Shown here piece after piece: positions 1 to 8,987 of a stretch of DNA of 38,000 nucleotides (the stretch's first letter is position 1; each line of letters begins with the position of its first letter). The position numbers were made by a program, and so were the translations under genes. This DNA is from Actinomycetota bacterium (GTDB lineage: Bacteria; Actinomycetota; Thermoleophilia; Gaiellales; Gaiellaceae), in contig JBKOYF010000061.1 of NCBI GenBank assembly GCA_046725305.1, positions 1 through 38,000 of the forward strand. Direction: 5' to 3'. Below the pieces are notes generated by a model that was not told the origin of the DNA, did no database searches, and saw only the letters and a list, made by a program, of their open reading frames with translations.

Positions 1-823
1 TGAAGCGCGTCAGCCGGGTCGGTTCTCCCAAGGGCAGATCCACGCCGAGCACGCGGCGGATGCTGTCCCGGAGCTCGGTCAAGGTCATCGGCTCGTCGTC
101 GTCGTAGTCGGCGGACTCGTCCTCGCTGGTGAAGAGCCCCAGGACCGCGGGATCGGCCGACCCGACGGCGAACTCACCGCGGTCGGTTCGTGTGAAACCG
201 AAGCTGATCCTGCCCACACCGGCGACGTCGAGGTCGCCATTCTCGAGCACGGTCACGGACTCGGGCACCGTGACCACGGCGAGCCGCTGGACCTCTGGGT
301 ACGTGATCCCGGGGAACGGGATGCCGGCCAAGTCGCGCACCGGGCTCTGCGCGCCGTCGCAGCCCACCAGGAAGCGGGCGGTCACCCGATGCTGCCCGTC
401 CGCCCCGCGCACCTCCGCGGTCACGGTGGCGTCGTCCTGGCGCAGCCCGACCACCTCCTGGCCACGGCGGATCTCGGCGCCGAGCTCGCGGGCGAACTCG
501 TCGAGGACGCGCTCGAGACGCGGTTGCGGGAGCGGCAGCGCCTGCATCGGGGGATCTGCGAGTTGGGTGAAATCCACATGCATCCCGCCCCACGGGAACC
601 GAGGAGCCGGCCGGGGACCCGTGCTGGCTGCTTCGAATCGCTCGAGCTCGCCTCGGTAGCGCAGCAGTTGCAGGATCTGCCCGCTGAGACCGCCGGCCTT
701 CGGGATGTCTCGGATCTGCGGCTGCCGCTCCAGTACCAGCGGTCGCACGCCGGCCAGGCGCAGCTCACAAGCGAGCATCAGACCGGTTGGGCCCGCGCCC
801 ACGATGATCACGTCGGCGTCCAT
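1..823 (-). CDS. FAD-dependent class A flavoprotein monooxygenase (aromatic-ring / Rox-like hydroxylase); 5' part only, 3' end runs off the window
   Basis: Absent from the ORF track because no stop lies in the window. My translation from the ATG (complement of 821-823, GAGGAGAG SD upstream) reads MDADVIIVGAGPTGLMLACELRLAGVRPLVLER (GxGxxG FAD fold) and later LVGCDGAQSPVRD (the CDG..S.VR motif of this family). The + strand ORFs 129..659 and 389..913 are its shadows. Confidence 0.8.
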   Translation of the reverse strand, partial: MDADVIIVGAGPTGLMLACELRLAGVRPLVLERQPQIRDIPKAGGLSGQILQLLRYRGELERFEAASTGPRPAPRFPWGGMHVDFTQLADPPMQALPLPQPRLERVLDEFARELGAEIRRGQEVVGLRQDDATVTAEVRGADGQHRVTARFLVGCDGAQSPVRDLAGIPFPGITYPEVQRLAVVTVPESVTVLENGDLDVAGVGRISFGFTRTDRGEFAVGSADPAVLGLFTSEDESADYDDDEPMTLTELRDSIRRVLGVDLPLGEPTRLTRF

Positions 824-1069
824 CACTGGCCACTCTCCTCGCAATCTTTCGTCGACAACAGCACACGCATCTCGCGACTCCCGTTTTCCGTAGGTTCTGG
901 CTTCGGTCGGTGACAGGCCTGGCCGCAGACGTACCCGAGGCAATCCGCCCCTACGCCTCCCTGTGCTGCGGAAGCGTGCCGAGTCGATCTACGCTCTGGC
1001 GACATTCCCTAACTCTGGCGCAGGCGAGCATGATCTCCTCCCAAAGACCCGACGGAAACGGAGGAGCGC

Positions 1070-1534
1070 ATGCGCCGCCTGAATTTCTTGGAAGACGAGC
1101 CCTGGGATGAAGTGGAGGACGACAAGCGCGTCCGGTGGTTCGGGCACCCGTTCGGGACCGACCACCTCGGAGCGTCGCTCATCGAGTACCTGCCGCAAGC
1201 ACCAGGAGGTCCGATGCACATGCACTACGGCGTCGAGGAGATGTTCTTCGTCCTCAGTGGGACGCTGACCGTCCGCATGCCAGAGGGAGAGGAGGAGTTA
1301 TCACCCGGCGACGTCGTCTACTTCCCGGAAGGCCGGGACGGGCTGCACACCTTCTCGAACCCCACGGATGAGCCTGTGAGGATGCTTGGCATCTCGACAA
1401 AGCGGTTCCCAGATGTCGTCGCCTACCCGGAGCGGGGAGTTGCCTGGGTGGCGACACGCCATCCTGAACGCCCGGTACCCGAGGGCGGCGACGAAGGAGT
1501 TATCGCTCGCTTCGAGCTGGCATCGGACGACTGA
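1070..1534 (+). CDS. cupin domain protein
   Basis: 154-aa ORF with a GGAGGAG SD just upstream of the ATG. Cupin motifs GGPMHMHYGVEEMFFVLSG and PGDVVYFPEGRDGLHTFSN. Confidence 0.85.
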   Translation: MRRLNFLEDEPWDEVEDDKRVRWFGHPFGTDHLGASLIEYLPQAPGGPMHMHYGVEEMFFVLSGTLTVRMPEGEEELSPGDVVYFPEGRDGLHTFSNPTDEPVRMLGISTKRFPDVVAYPERGVAWVATRHPERPVPEGGDEGVIARFELASDD

Positions 1535-1639
1535 AGGTCCCGCCCACGCGGCTCGAGCGACATTCCCGCACGCTGGCACACCCAGCCGATATCTCTCTGC
1601 AGTGCTGCTCGGAGCGCGAGCGATTGTCGTCGACGCCGA

Positions 1640-2560
1640 TTAGGAGATCGCGATCGCCACCTTCCCCTGGGTATGGCTGCTCGCGAGCGATTGCAGCGCT
1701 TCGCCTGCGTGCTCGAGCGGATGCGTCTCTTGGACGCGTACGCGCAGCGAGCCAGCTTCAAGCATCTCAGCCAGGCGCTCAAGGCTCGGCGTTGTTCCCG
1801 ACGCGATCAGGTTTGTGCGTCCGGGGCCCTCGCCTGCGGCGCCGAGCGAGGAGGCGAGCCGTCCTCCCTCCTTGAGCACGGATGCATCCGGCGTAAACGA
1901 GACGAGATCCAGGATGGCGTCGACCCCATGAGGAAAGCGCTCGCGTACCTGGGCCGTGAGATCGGAATCGCGGTCGAGCGTCTCGCTGACTCCCAGCTCG
2001 CGAAGGTAGTCCCGGTCCTCGGGCAGTGAGGGAGCGACTACGTGCGCGCCGGAGGCCTGCGCGAGCTGTACGAAGAAGCTCCCGACCCCGCCGCTTGCTC
2101 CGATTACGAGGATGGTGTCGCCATCGGAGGGCTCGAGCGCGTCGAGTGCTGCGATCGCCGTCAGCGCCGCGATCGGCGCCGCTCCGATCGTGTTCAGATC
2201 GATGCGTTCGGGGGCACGGGCGACCAAATCTTGGGCGATGACGAGGTAGTCAGCCCAGCTGCCGTCGTGCACCGTCGGGTTCGCGTGCGGGACGAACCCG
2301 AACACCGCATCACCGGCCGCGGGTCCCGTGACGCCTGAGCCGACTTCCTCAACTACTCCTGCGAAGTCGCGTCCAAGCGTTACCGGAAAGTCGTACTCGG
2401 CCATGCCCTTGAGCATCCCGGACGCGATCGCGGCATCCACGGGGTTCACGGATGACGCATGAACGCGGACCGCGAGCTCACCCGCGCCCGCGTCCCGAAT
2501 CTGGATGTCATCGCGAAATCCAGGCGTGCTATCGAAGTCATTCAGCGTGAATGCGCGCAT
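1640..2560 (-). CDS. MDR-superfamily NAD(P)H:quinone oxidoreductase / zinc-type alcohol dehydrogenase-like protein
   Basis: ORF 1640..2635 trimmed to the ATG at 2560 (MRAFTLNDF...), which is preceded by a GAGGAG SD. GroES-like N-terminus (VRVHASSVNPVD) and Rossmann motif ILVIGASGGVGSFFVQLA. Confidence 0.9.
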   Translation of the reverse strand: MRAFTLNDFDSTPGFRDDIQIRDAGAGELAVRVHASSVNPVDAAIASGMLKGMAEYDFPVTLGRDFAGVVEEVGSGVTGPAAGDAVFGFVPHANPTVHDGSWADYLVIAQDLVARAPERIDLNTIGAAPIAALTAIAALDALEPSDGDTILVIGASGGVGSFFVQLAQASGAHVVAPSLPEDRDYLRELGVSETLDRDSDLTAQVRERFPHGVDAILDLVSFTPDASVLKEGGRLASSLGAAGEGPGRTNLIASGTTPSLERLAEMLEAGSLRVRVQETHPLEHAGEALQSLASSHTQGKVAIAIS

Positions 2561-2712
2561 CGGGTGTCTCCTCACCTCGGGCGAGACTCTTCTTGACTCA
2601 AGTACACAGTGGCTGTGAAGGCAGCGACGGATCAACCTGCAGATCGCCCGTCGGCCCGAGCCTCCACTGGCACACGGACTACTACGCGATCTGATCGCGC
2701 GAGCAGGTCACA

Positions 2713-3123
2713 CTAGCGGGACGAGGACTCGTTCAGGCTAACCGCAGCTCGAATGAGGGTCGCGAAAGCCTTCTCATCGATCTCATCGTCCTCGTGGAAG
2801 TCGATCGCGCGCCGGGTGTTGCCTTCGAGGCTCGAGTTGAACAGTCCCGAAGGGTCCTTCAGCGAGGCCCCCTTGAAGAAGGTGAGTTTCACGACGCTCT
2901 TGTACGTCTCGCCAGTGCAGATCGGACCTTGGTGAGACCACACCGGAACCCCTGGATGCGAAGGCTTTCTCCACTTCCACTCCTCGACCACATCGGGGTC
3001 GGCCTGTTTGATTAAGGCGCGAAGCCTTGAGAGGGTCCTGCCCCGCCAGTCGCCCAGTTCTTTGATCCTTGCGTCTACCAGTTGGGATGGAGACTCGACC
3101 TTCTGCGCGGAGCTCTTCTTCAT
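2713..3123 (-). CDS. DUF1801 (YdhG-like) domain protein
   Basis: 136-aa ORF with an AAGGAG SD. The sequence ...EEWKWRKPSHPGVPVWSHQGPICTGETYKSVVKLTFFKGASL... is typical of DUF1801. GC is clearly lower than in neighbouring genes. Confidence 0.75.
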   Translation of the reverse strand: MKKSSAQKVESPSQLVDARIKELGDWRGRTLSRLRALIKQADPDVVEEWKWRKPSHPGVPVWSHQGPICTGETYKSVVKLTFFKGASLKDPSGLFNSSLEGNTRRAIDFHEDDEIDEKAFATLIRAAVSLNESSSR

Positions 3124-3343
3124 GGACTGCCGCTCCTTGCGTTTGTGTCAACCCAATTTACCGCGTGTGCCCACGGCCCGACTGTCCTTCGCCCGCGGTA
3201 TCTCCTGTCCGTCGCCTGACCCGTGGAGCCTCAAGGAACATTTGCGATCACTGGCACAGGGTCGGTCACGTCGCTCGCGGCGTGGGAGCGAATAGCATCG
3301 TCGGCGTGAACTCAGCCGCTCTGCTCTGGGGGCGGAAGCCGTG

Positions 3344-4105
3344 ATGCCTGACACGGAGGCCGCAGCCGCCGCCCGCGACGGCTTCGTCACGTACGACGCG
3401 CTCAGGGGGCCGGATCTCGACACTGCGCGCTGGAGCCCGGCCCGCCTGCCGCTCCCGACGGGTGGCGAGCACATCCCGCTGGACCCCAACGCGGAGCTGG
3501 CCGTCGACGAGGGCGAGGTGCGAGTGACGATCCCGCGCTTCTCGCGTTCGCACGACACGTTTCAGGCCGTCGACAGCGTCAAGTACCTCACGTTGTCGAC
3601 GCGCCACTTCGAGTTGCCGCCGGATGGGCCGGCGACGTTCGCCGCCGACCTCGCGATCGAGAACATCGGCGGGGAACCGATGGACTTCCGTCGGGGGATC
3701 GCCGCCTTCCAGGTCGCCGACCTCGAGGCGAGCAAGCGCGTTTTCTCCGTCACCGGCACCTCGACCCGCGTGTTCGCGATGCACGAGCATCTGCCCTTGG
3801 GCGGTGGCGGGCCGGGCGAGCCGTTCGTCCACGTAGTCGAGTCGCCGTACGAGGACTTCGACGACGACTTCACCCGGCTTCGCGCCTGCGAGATCACGCT
3901 CGACCGGAGCAGATCGACCGCGGCCTGGAACGTCGACGGCCACAAGGTGTACGAGGCCCACGGCATTTTGATCCCCGAACGCGCCCGCATCGCGTTCGGG
4001 ATCTACACGCAGCTGCCGATCCGGGACCGTCGCAGTCAGTCACTGGACGGGCAGGGCATGAACGCTCGGTGGCGCCGGTTCCGTGTACGCGGGGTCGACG
4101 CGTGA
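3344..4105 (+). CDS. hypothetical protein (soluble, beta-rich; possibly DUF6081-like, family call uncertain)
   Basis: 253-aa ORF with balanced, non-shadow composition (D/E/F/Y/H rich). The ATG at 3344 has GGAAG 5 nt upstream; the track starts 3 nt earlier at a GTG. The antisense ORF 3266..3961 is R/A/G-rich shadow. Confidence 0.65.
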   Translation: MPDTEAAAAARDGFVTYDALRGPDLDTARWSPARLPLPTGGEHIPLDPNAELAVDEGEVRVTIPRFSRSHDTFQAVDSVKYLTLSTRHFELPPDGPATFAADLAIENIGGEPMDFRRGIAAFQVADLEASKRVFSVTGTSTRVFAMHEHLPLGGGGPGEPFVHVVESPYEDFDDDFTRLRACEITLDRSRSTAAWNVDGHKVYEAHGILIPERARIAFGIYTQLPIRDRRSQSLDGQGMNARWRRFRVRGVDA

Positions 4106-4208
4106 GCCGTCACCCCAAGCGCTCGGACTCCTAGCCGTCCCTCGAACGGGTTGCGGCCTCGAGTTACCTTGTGCTTCTATGCATGGTACTTCGAGCTATG
4201 GAGGCGGA

Positions 4209-4568
4209 ATGCACATCGACAAGGACCTCGTCGCGGCCTCGGCGACACCGCTCGTGCTCGCAATCCTCGCGGAGGGTGAAAGCTACGGCTACGCCATCCT
4301 CAAGCGGGTGCGTGAGCTTTCCGGGGGCGAGCTCGAGTGGACCGACGGGATGCTCTACCCGCTGCTCCATCGCCTCCGTCGGCTCCGGTACGTGACGACG
4401 GAGTGGCGAACGCCACCGGAAGGTCGTCGCCGCAAGTACTACGCGATCACCGACGAGGGACGAGCAGCACTCGCAGACCAGCAGCAGCAATGGGTGGCCG
4501 TCACGCGTGCACTGAGTGACGTCTGGCCGGGCTCGGGTGGCGTGCTGGCGGCTCTCGGCGAGGCGTGA
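4209..4568 (+). CDS. PadR family transcriptional regulator
   Basis: ORF 4083..4568 trimmed to the ATG at 4209 (GGAGG SD). PadR winged-helix signature: LVLAILAEGESYGYAILKRV...LYPLLHRLRRLRYVTTEW...RRKYYAITDEG. Confidence 0.9.
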   Translation: MHIDKDLVAASATPLVLAILAEGESYGYAILKRVRELSGGELEWTDGMLYPLLHRLRRLRYVTTEWRTPPEGRRRKYYAITDEGRAALADQQQQWVAVTRALSDVWPGSGGVLAALGEA

Positions 4569-4571
4569 GCC

Positions 4572-5915
4572 ATGGAGAGCGTCGAATCACAGATCGCGGA
4601 ATGGCGGGCCTACGTCGCCAACGCCCCGGGCGTCGACGGCCACGACGTCGATGAGCTGGAGGATCATCTTCGTCACCAGATCGCCGAGCTAAGCGCGGCC
4701 GGCCTCACAGCCGACGAGGGGTTCCTGATCGCGGTGAAACGGCTAGGGGACGTCGACGGCCTCTCCCGGGAGTTCGCACGCGAGCACAGCGGCCGACTCT
4801 GGAAGCAGCTCATCCTGAGCGGAGCCGACGAGCCGGCGCGCCTGCCGAGCGGCTGGCTCGCGACGCTCGTGTTCGCCGTCGCCGCGGCCGTCGTGATCCA
4901 GGTCGCACGCCTCGCCGCTGATTTTCCCGACGAGGAGCCGAACTGGCTCGCGCGGAACGCCAGTCTCTTCGTGTTGCCGCTTCTCGCCGCGTACTTCGCT
5001 CGCCAACAGGAGCTTGACACCCGGCACCGGGTGCTCACGGCGGCGCCGTTCGTACTCGCCGCGCTGGTGGTCAACCTCTACCCGTGGGGTGCCGACTCGG
5101 ACACCGAGGCCCTCGTCATCCTCAGCCTGCCCGTCGTGCTCTGGTTCGTGGTCGCCTACCCGTACATGGGCGGCACGCTGCGATCGCACGAGCGGCGCAT
5201 GGACTTCGTCCGCTTTACGGGCGAGTGGTTCATCTACTACGTGCTGATCGCGCTCGGAGGTGGCGTGCTCATGGCTCTGATCGCGGGCATCTTCGAACCG
5301 ACGGGGGTCGACGTTGATCGGATCGCTGCGTGGGTGCTGCCTTCGGGAGCGGCGGGTGCCGTCATCGTGGCCGCATGGCTCGTCGAGTCCAAGCAACGGG
5401 TCGTCGAGAACATGGCCCCGGTGCTCACGATGCTCTTCACGCCGCTGTTTGCCGTGATGCTGGCCTGCGCTGCCGTCGTCTACGCGGTGACCGGGCTTGG
5501 CGGCGCGTTCGATCGCGAGCTCCTCGGCACCTTCGACGCCCTGCTGCTGGTCGTCCTCGGGCTCGTGTTGTACGGGATGTCCGCGCGGGATCCGTCCACG
5601 TCGTCTCCCGAATGGATGGACGGCATCCAGTTGGTCGCGGTCGTCAGCGCCCTCATGCTCGACCTGATGGTGCTCGGCGCGATGATTGCTCGGATCGGCG
5701 ACCTCGGGTTCAGCCCGAACCGAACGGCAGCGCTCGGCCTCAATCTCGTCCTGCTCGTCAACCTGGCCGCGGCCGCCTGGCTATCCGCTCGATTCCTCAC
5801 AGGACACAGCACGCTCCACCGGCTCGAGCGCTGGCAGACGACCTACCTTCCCGTCTTCGCGCTGTGGGCAGCCACGGTCGTGGTCATCCTCCCACCACTG
5901 TTCGCCTTCGACTGA
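4572..5915 (+). CDS. multi-pass membrane protein with an N-terminal PadR-associated helical (HAAS / permease-prefix-like) domain; DUF4153-like body
   Basis: 447 aa, starting 3 nt after the PadR stop. Soluble helical N-terminus (IAEWRAYV...LEDHLRHQIAELSAAGLTADEGFLIAVKRLGD), then at least 10 hydrophobic spans. Confidence 0.8.
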   Translation: MESVESQIAEWRAYVANAPGVDGHDVDELEDHLRHQIAELSAAGLTADEGFLIAVKRLGDVDGLSREFAREHSGRLWKQLILSGADEPARLPSGWLATLVFAVAAAVVIQVARLAADFPDEEPNWLARNASLFVLPLLAAYFARQQELDTRHRVLTAAPFVLAALVVNLYPWGADSDTEALVILSLPVVLWFVVAYPYMGGTLRSHERRMDFVRFTGEWFIYYVLIALGGGVLMALIAGIFEPTGVDVDRIAAWVLPSGAAGAVIVAAWLVESKQRVVENMAPVLTMLFTPLFAVMLACAAVVYAVTGLGGAFDRELLGTFDALLLVVLGLVLYGMSARDPSTSSPEWMDGIQLVAVVSALMLDLMVLGAMIARIGDLGFSPNRTAALGLNLVLLVNLAAAAWLSARFLTGHSTLHRLERWQTTYLPVFALWAATVVVILPPLFAFD

Positions 5916-5938
5916 TCGCGACCCGTGCCGCGTCGGGT

Positions 5939-5944
5939 TAGGGT
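5939..5944 (+). promoter_or_regulatory. -10 hexamer, leaderless cupin gene
   Basis: TAGGGT, 6 nt upstream of the ATG at 5951. Confidence 0.45.
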
Positions 5945-5950
5945 CTCCCG

Positions 5951-6307
5951 ATGGAAACGATCAACGGTTGCACCGTCCTCAGTTCGTCCGACGACCCGAT
6001 AACCCGCTTCGGCCCAGTCGAGCTGCACGGTGCCTACTTGGCCGAGATTGGAGCATTCCCACCGGGCGAGCCTGCGCCGCCGGTTCACTTCCATCCTCAC
6101 ACCGACGAGGCGTTCTATGTCGCGGATGGCGAGGCGACGTTTCTCCTCGGAGACCGCGAGCATCGCGTCACGGCCGGAGGGTTCGTTTTCATTCCTCGTG
6201 GCACGGTTCACACCGTCTGGAACTCGGGTGAGGGGCCGGTTCGCGGACTCATCCTGATCTCCCCCGGAGATGCCGAGCACGAGTTCGCGCTCGTTGATCG
6301 CGCATAG
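5951..6307 (+). CDS. cupin domain protein
   Basis: 118 aa. Cupin motifs PPVHFHPHTDEAFYVADGE and GGFVFIPRGTVHTVWN. Confidence 0.85.
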   Translation: METINGCTVLSSSDDPITRFGPVELHGAYLAEIGAFPPGEPAPPVHFHPHTDEAFYVADGEATFLLGDREHRVTAGGFVFIPRGTVHTVWNSGEGPVRGLILISPGDAEHEFALVDRA

Positions 6308-6391
6308 TCCGCGATAACCAAGCGGCGCGCGGGCGCCTCGCGAGCGATGTCCCTCGCGCGACACGCCACGCGAACTCGCGCGCTTGGGGCG

Positions 6392-6946
6392 TTACCGGAG
6401 GACGCGGTACTCGAGATGTGTCACGCCGCCGGTCTGGCTGAGCCCGGTCTGTTCCAGCTCGATCCGCTGCGGGAGTTCGTCGAACAGCCGACGGCCCCCT
6501 CCGAGCAGGACATCGATCAGGTGGATTCTGATCTCGTCCACGAGCCCCGCGGCGAGGAATTGCTGATCGATACTGGCGCCCATGAGCCCGATCCGTTTGT
6601 CGGCGGCGGCCCCCTGGGCCTTCGCGAGGGCACGCTCGATCCCGTCGGTGACGAACGTGAAGATCGGGTCCGCGCTCGCCGGCGGCTCGTGGGTGACGAC
6701 GAAGCACGGGACCTCGCACAAGGGGCCCTTGCCACCCCATGCCTCGATCGAGTTGTCGTAGCTCCGGCGGCCCATGATCACGGCGCCCGTGTCCTCGATC
6801 AGGTTGCCGAACACCCGCTCGAACACCGAAGGATCGTCGAACGCCCAGTTATGAAGCCTCATCCCGTCCTCGCCTAGCCCCTGTTCCGGATTGTCGTTGG
6901 GAGCTGCGATGTAGCCGTCCAACGACATGCTCATGTCGATAACCAC
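6392..6946 (-). CDS. dihydrofolate reductase family protein (RibD C-terminal reductase domain)
   Basis: 184 aa, GTG start with a GAAGGAGG SD upstream. Signature MSLDGYIA...VIMGRRSYD...DEIRIHLIDVLLGGGRRLF. Confidence 0.85.
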   Translation of the reverse strand: MVIDMSMSLDGYIAAPNDNPEQGLGEDGMRLHNWAFDDPSVFERVFGNLIEDTGAVIMGRRSYDNSIEAWGGKGPLCEVPCFVVTHEPPASADPIFTFVTDGIERALAKAQGAAADKRIGLMGASIDQQFLAAGLVDEIRIHLIDVLLGGGRRLFDELPQRIELEQTGLSQTGGVTHLEYRVLR

Positions 6947-7029
6947 GTTGCCATGTCGCCTCCTTCGTTCTGCCAGTGAGACCGGCTGACGCTCACCAAC
7001 TCATCGCCGTTCCGCGCGCAGCGTTTCAG

Positions 7030-7035
7030 TAGCAT
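7030..7035 (+). promoter_or_regulatory. -10 hexamer, leaderless MBL-like gene
   Basis: TAGCAT, 6 nt upstream of the GTG at 7042. Confidence 0.45.
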
Positions 7036-7041
7036 CGTGCC

Positions 7042-7731
7042 GTGCGCGAGTTGCGCCCGGGCCTCTGGCATTGGACGGCGCCGCATCCGGAGTGGCGCTC
7101 GAGCGAGCCGTGGGACCAGAACGTCTCCTCGTACGCGATCGACGACGGCGAGCGCCTGCTGTTCTTCGACCCGATCGCCCCGCCGAGCGAGCTCGAGAAG
7201 CTCGCGGCAGAACGCGAAACGGCGATCGTCCTGACGGCACCGTGGCACGAACGCGACATGCAGGGTCTCGTCGAACAGCTCGAGATTCCCGTATACGCGC
7301 CCAGGCCAGACACCGCAGAGGACCTCATGCGGATGTTCGGCATCACCGCCGAGCAGGCGGGCGACGGCAGCCCTGACCTCGTCTGGCTCCGAGCCGAGCG
7401 CCCGGACAACTGGCGTCCCTACGCGGCCGGCGACCGGATACCGGGCGGGATCGAAACGTTTCCCGGTCACAAGCGGAACGACATCGTGCTGTGGATCGAG
7501 AGTCACCGCGCGGTGATCGCAGGGGACACGCTCGTCGACTTCGGATCGGGACTCGAGATGAACGCTCGGTGGCTAGAAGCAGTAGGCGCAACCCGCGAGC
7601 AGGTCGTCGAGGGCCTGCAGCCGCTGCTCGAGCTCCCAGTCGAGCACGTGCTCGCAACGCACGGCGGCCCGTTCGACCGGGCCGCCCTCGAGCGCGCGTT
7701 GTCCCCTCCTAGAGGGCTTTCGCCGGTCTAG
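7042..7731 (+). CDS. MBL-fold metallo-hydrolase-like protein (canonical HxHxDH motif not recognisable)
   Basis: 229 aa, GTG start. The N-terminus MRELRPGLWHWTAPHPEW and overall pattern resemble MBL-fold proteins. The position of HxHxDH reads LTAPWHERD. Confidence 0.65.
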   Translation: MRELRPGLWHWTAPHPEWRSSEPWDQNVSSYAIDDGERLLFFDPIAPPSELEKLAAERETAIVLTAPWHERDMQGLVEQLEIPVYAPRPDTAEDLMRMFGITAEQAGDGSPDLVWLRAERPDNWRPYAAGDRIPGGIETFPGHKRNDIVLWIESHRAVIAGDTLVDFGSGLEMNARWLEAVGATREQVVEGLQPLLELPVEHVLATHGGPFDRAALERALSPPRGLSPV

Positions 7732-8972
7732 GGACGCGTAAGAAACAGTCGCTTCTCCGTTGCGAGCTCTGGCGCCCACTCGATGCGCGTCGCGGATGCG
7801 AAGTGCAGGTAGGCGCGGAGCGCGTCGCGCATCGCGTCGACGAAGCCCTCGGCGCGGCGCGGCGAGAAGCCGTCCTCCCACCAGACGTCGACGACCTCGA
7901 CCCGGCCGCCGGCGCGATCAATGCGCGGCTCGATCCGACCGACGAGGCGATCGCCGAAGAGCATCGGCAGCACGTACCAGCCCCAGCGCCGCTTGGCCGG
8001 CGGGACGAAGAGCTCCCAGACGTACTCGAACTCGAACAGGGATCCGAGAAGGCTCCGGTCCCACACCAACGGGTCAAACGGCGGCAGAAGTGCGACCGTG
8101 GGCGGAGGCTCCGGCGGGCGCTCGAGGAGGTCGACCTCCGATCTGAGCACGAACCGCTTGCCGCGCACGTTCTCGACGTCCACCGGGACGAGCTCGCCGC
8201 TGGCGATGAGCTCCTCGCGCAGAGCGGTCCTTCCTGGATATCCCGGGTACCTCGGGTCGGGCTTGGCAGGGCCGAGGCCGCCGAAGATGTCCGCACCCGG
8301 GCTAGCACCGAGGAGGCCATGAGCGCGATACCGGGACAGCATCTTGTGGCGGAGCTGTTCCTCCAGCGGGATCTCGCGCGCGAGCACTTCGGCGGGCAGC
8401 AGCCGCTCGGCGACGTCGTAATAGCGTCGGTTGCCGTCGCGCCGTGCGAGGCCGAGCACGCCGGTTACGGCATACGCCTCGAGCACGGCGCGGACGGTGT
8501 TCGTCTGCAAGCCGAACCAGTCGGTCGTCGCCCCGCGCTCGGTCTCGAAGTCGAGCGACGACAACGGACCCTTGGCGCGGATGCGCTCGAGCACGCGCGC
8601 GGCCACCTCGGCGTTCTCCGCGAGGACGCGCGCCGCTTGCCGACTCCAGGTCCCGCGAAACCACGGAAGCTCGCCGGTAAGGACGAATGAGAGTCCTTTG
8701 TTGTACGCCTCGAAGATCTCGCGGCGCTCGTAGAGGAGGTCGCACCAGGCGGGGTCGTACTCGGCCACGCGCGCGTGCAGCACGAGGTCGTGGTTCCGAC
8801 CGGCAACCGCGAGGGGATCGAACTGGATCGAGCCCCATCGGCGGAAGACATCGAGCACGGCGTCTGGTCCCCCCTCGAGCGACCGGGCCGGGGCGAGCGC
8901 GTGGCGCGCAACGAGGAAGCGACGTGCGGCCTCAGCAGTGACCTTCACGCAGAGGACGCTATATTCACGCAC
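7728..8972 (-). CDS. winged-helix DNA glycosylase, YcaQ/AlkZ (HTH_42) family, paralogue 1
   Basis: 414 aa. Q-phi-D catalytic motif 'IQFDP' (8817-8825). C-terminal signature FEFEYVWELFVPPAKRRWGWYVLPMLFGDRLVGRIEPRIDR. An alternative GTG start at 8948 (MKVTAEAARRF...) is possible. Confidence 0.85.
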   Translation of the reverse strand: MREYSVLCVKVTAEAARRFLVARHALAPARSLEGGPDAVLDVFRRWGSIQFDPLAVAGRNHDLVLHARVAEYDPAWCDLLYERREIFEAYNKGLSFVLTGELPWFRGTWSRQAARVLAENAEVAARVLERIRAKGPLSSLDFETERGATTDWFGLQTNTVRAVLEAYAVTGVLGLARRDGNRRYYDVAERLLPAEVLAREIPLEEQLRHKMLSRYRAHGLLGASPGADIFGGLGPAKPDPRYPGYPGRTALREELIASGELVPVDVENVRGKRFVLRSEVDLLERPPEPPPTVALLPPFDPLVWDRSLLGSLFEFEYVWELFVPPAKRRWGWYVLPMLFGDRLVGRIEPRIDRAGGRVEVVDVWWEDGFSPRRAEGFVDAMRDALRAYLHFASATRIEWAPELATEKRLFLTRP

Positions 8973-8987
8973 GCTCGCGCAGGCGAC

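Noticed and set aside
129-913. Plus-strand ORFs 129..659 and 389..913 and minus-strand ORFs 174..593 and 421..768
   Set aside because: Shadows of the minus-strand FAD monooxygenase frame, which has GxGxxG and CDG..S.VR motifs but is missing from the track because it has no stop in the window.
2685-2699. Palindrome CGCGATC-t-GATCGCG, 14 nt downstream of the DUF1801 stop, considered as a terminator
   Set aside because: A 1-nt loop cannot form a hairpin, and there is no U-tract. It could be a protein operator for the downstream oxidoreductase gene, but I have no supporting evidence.
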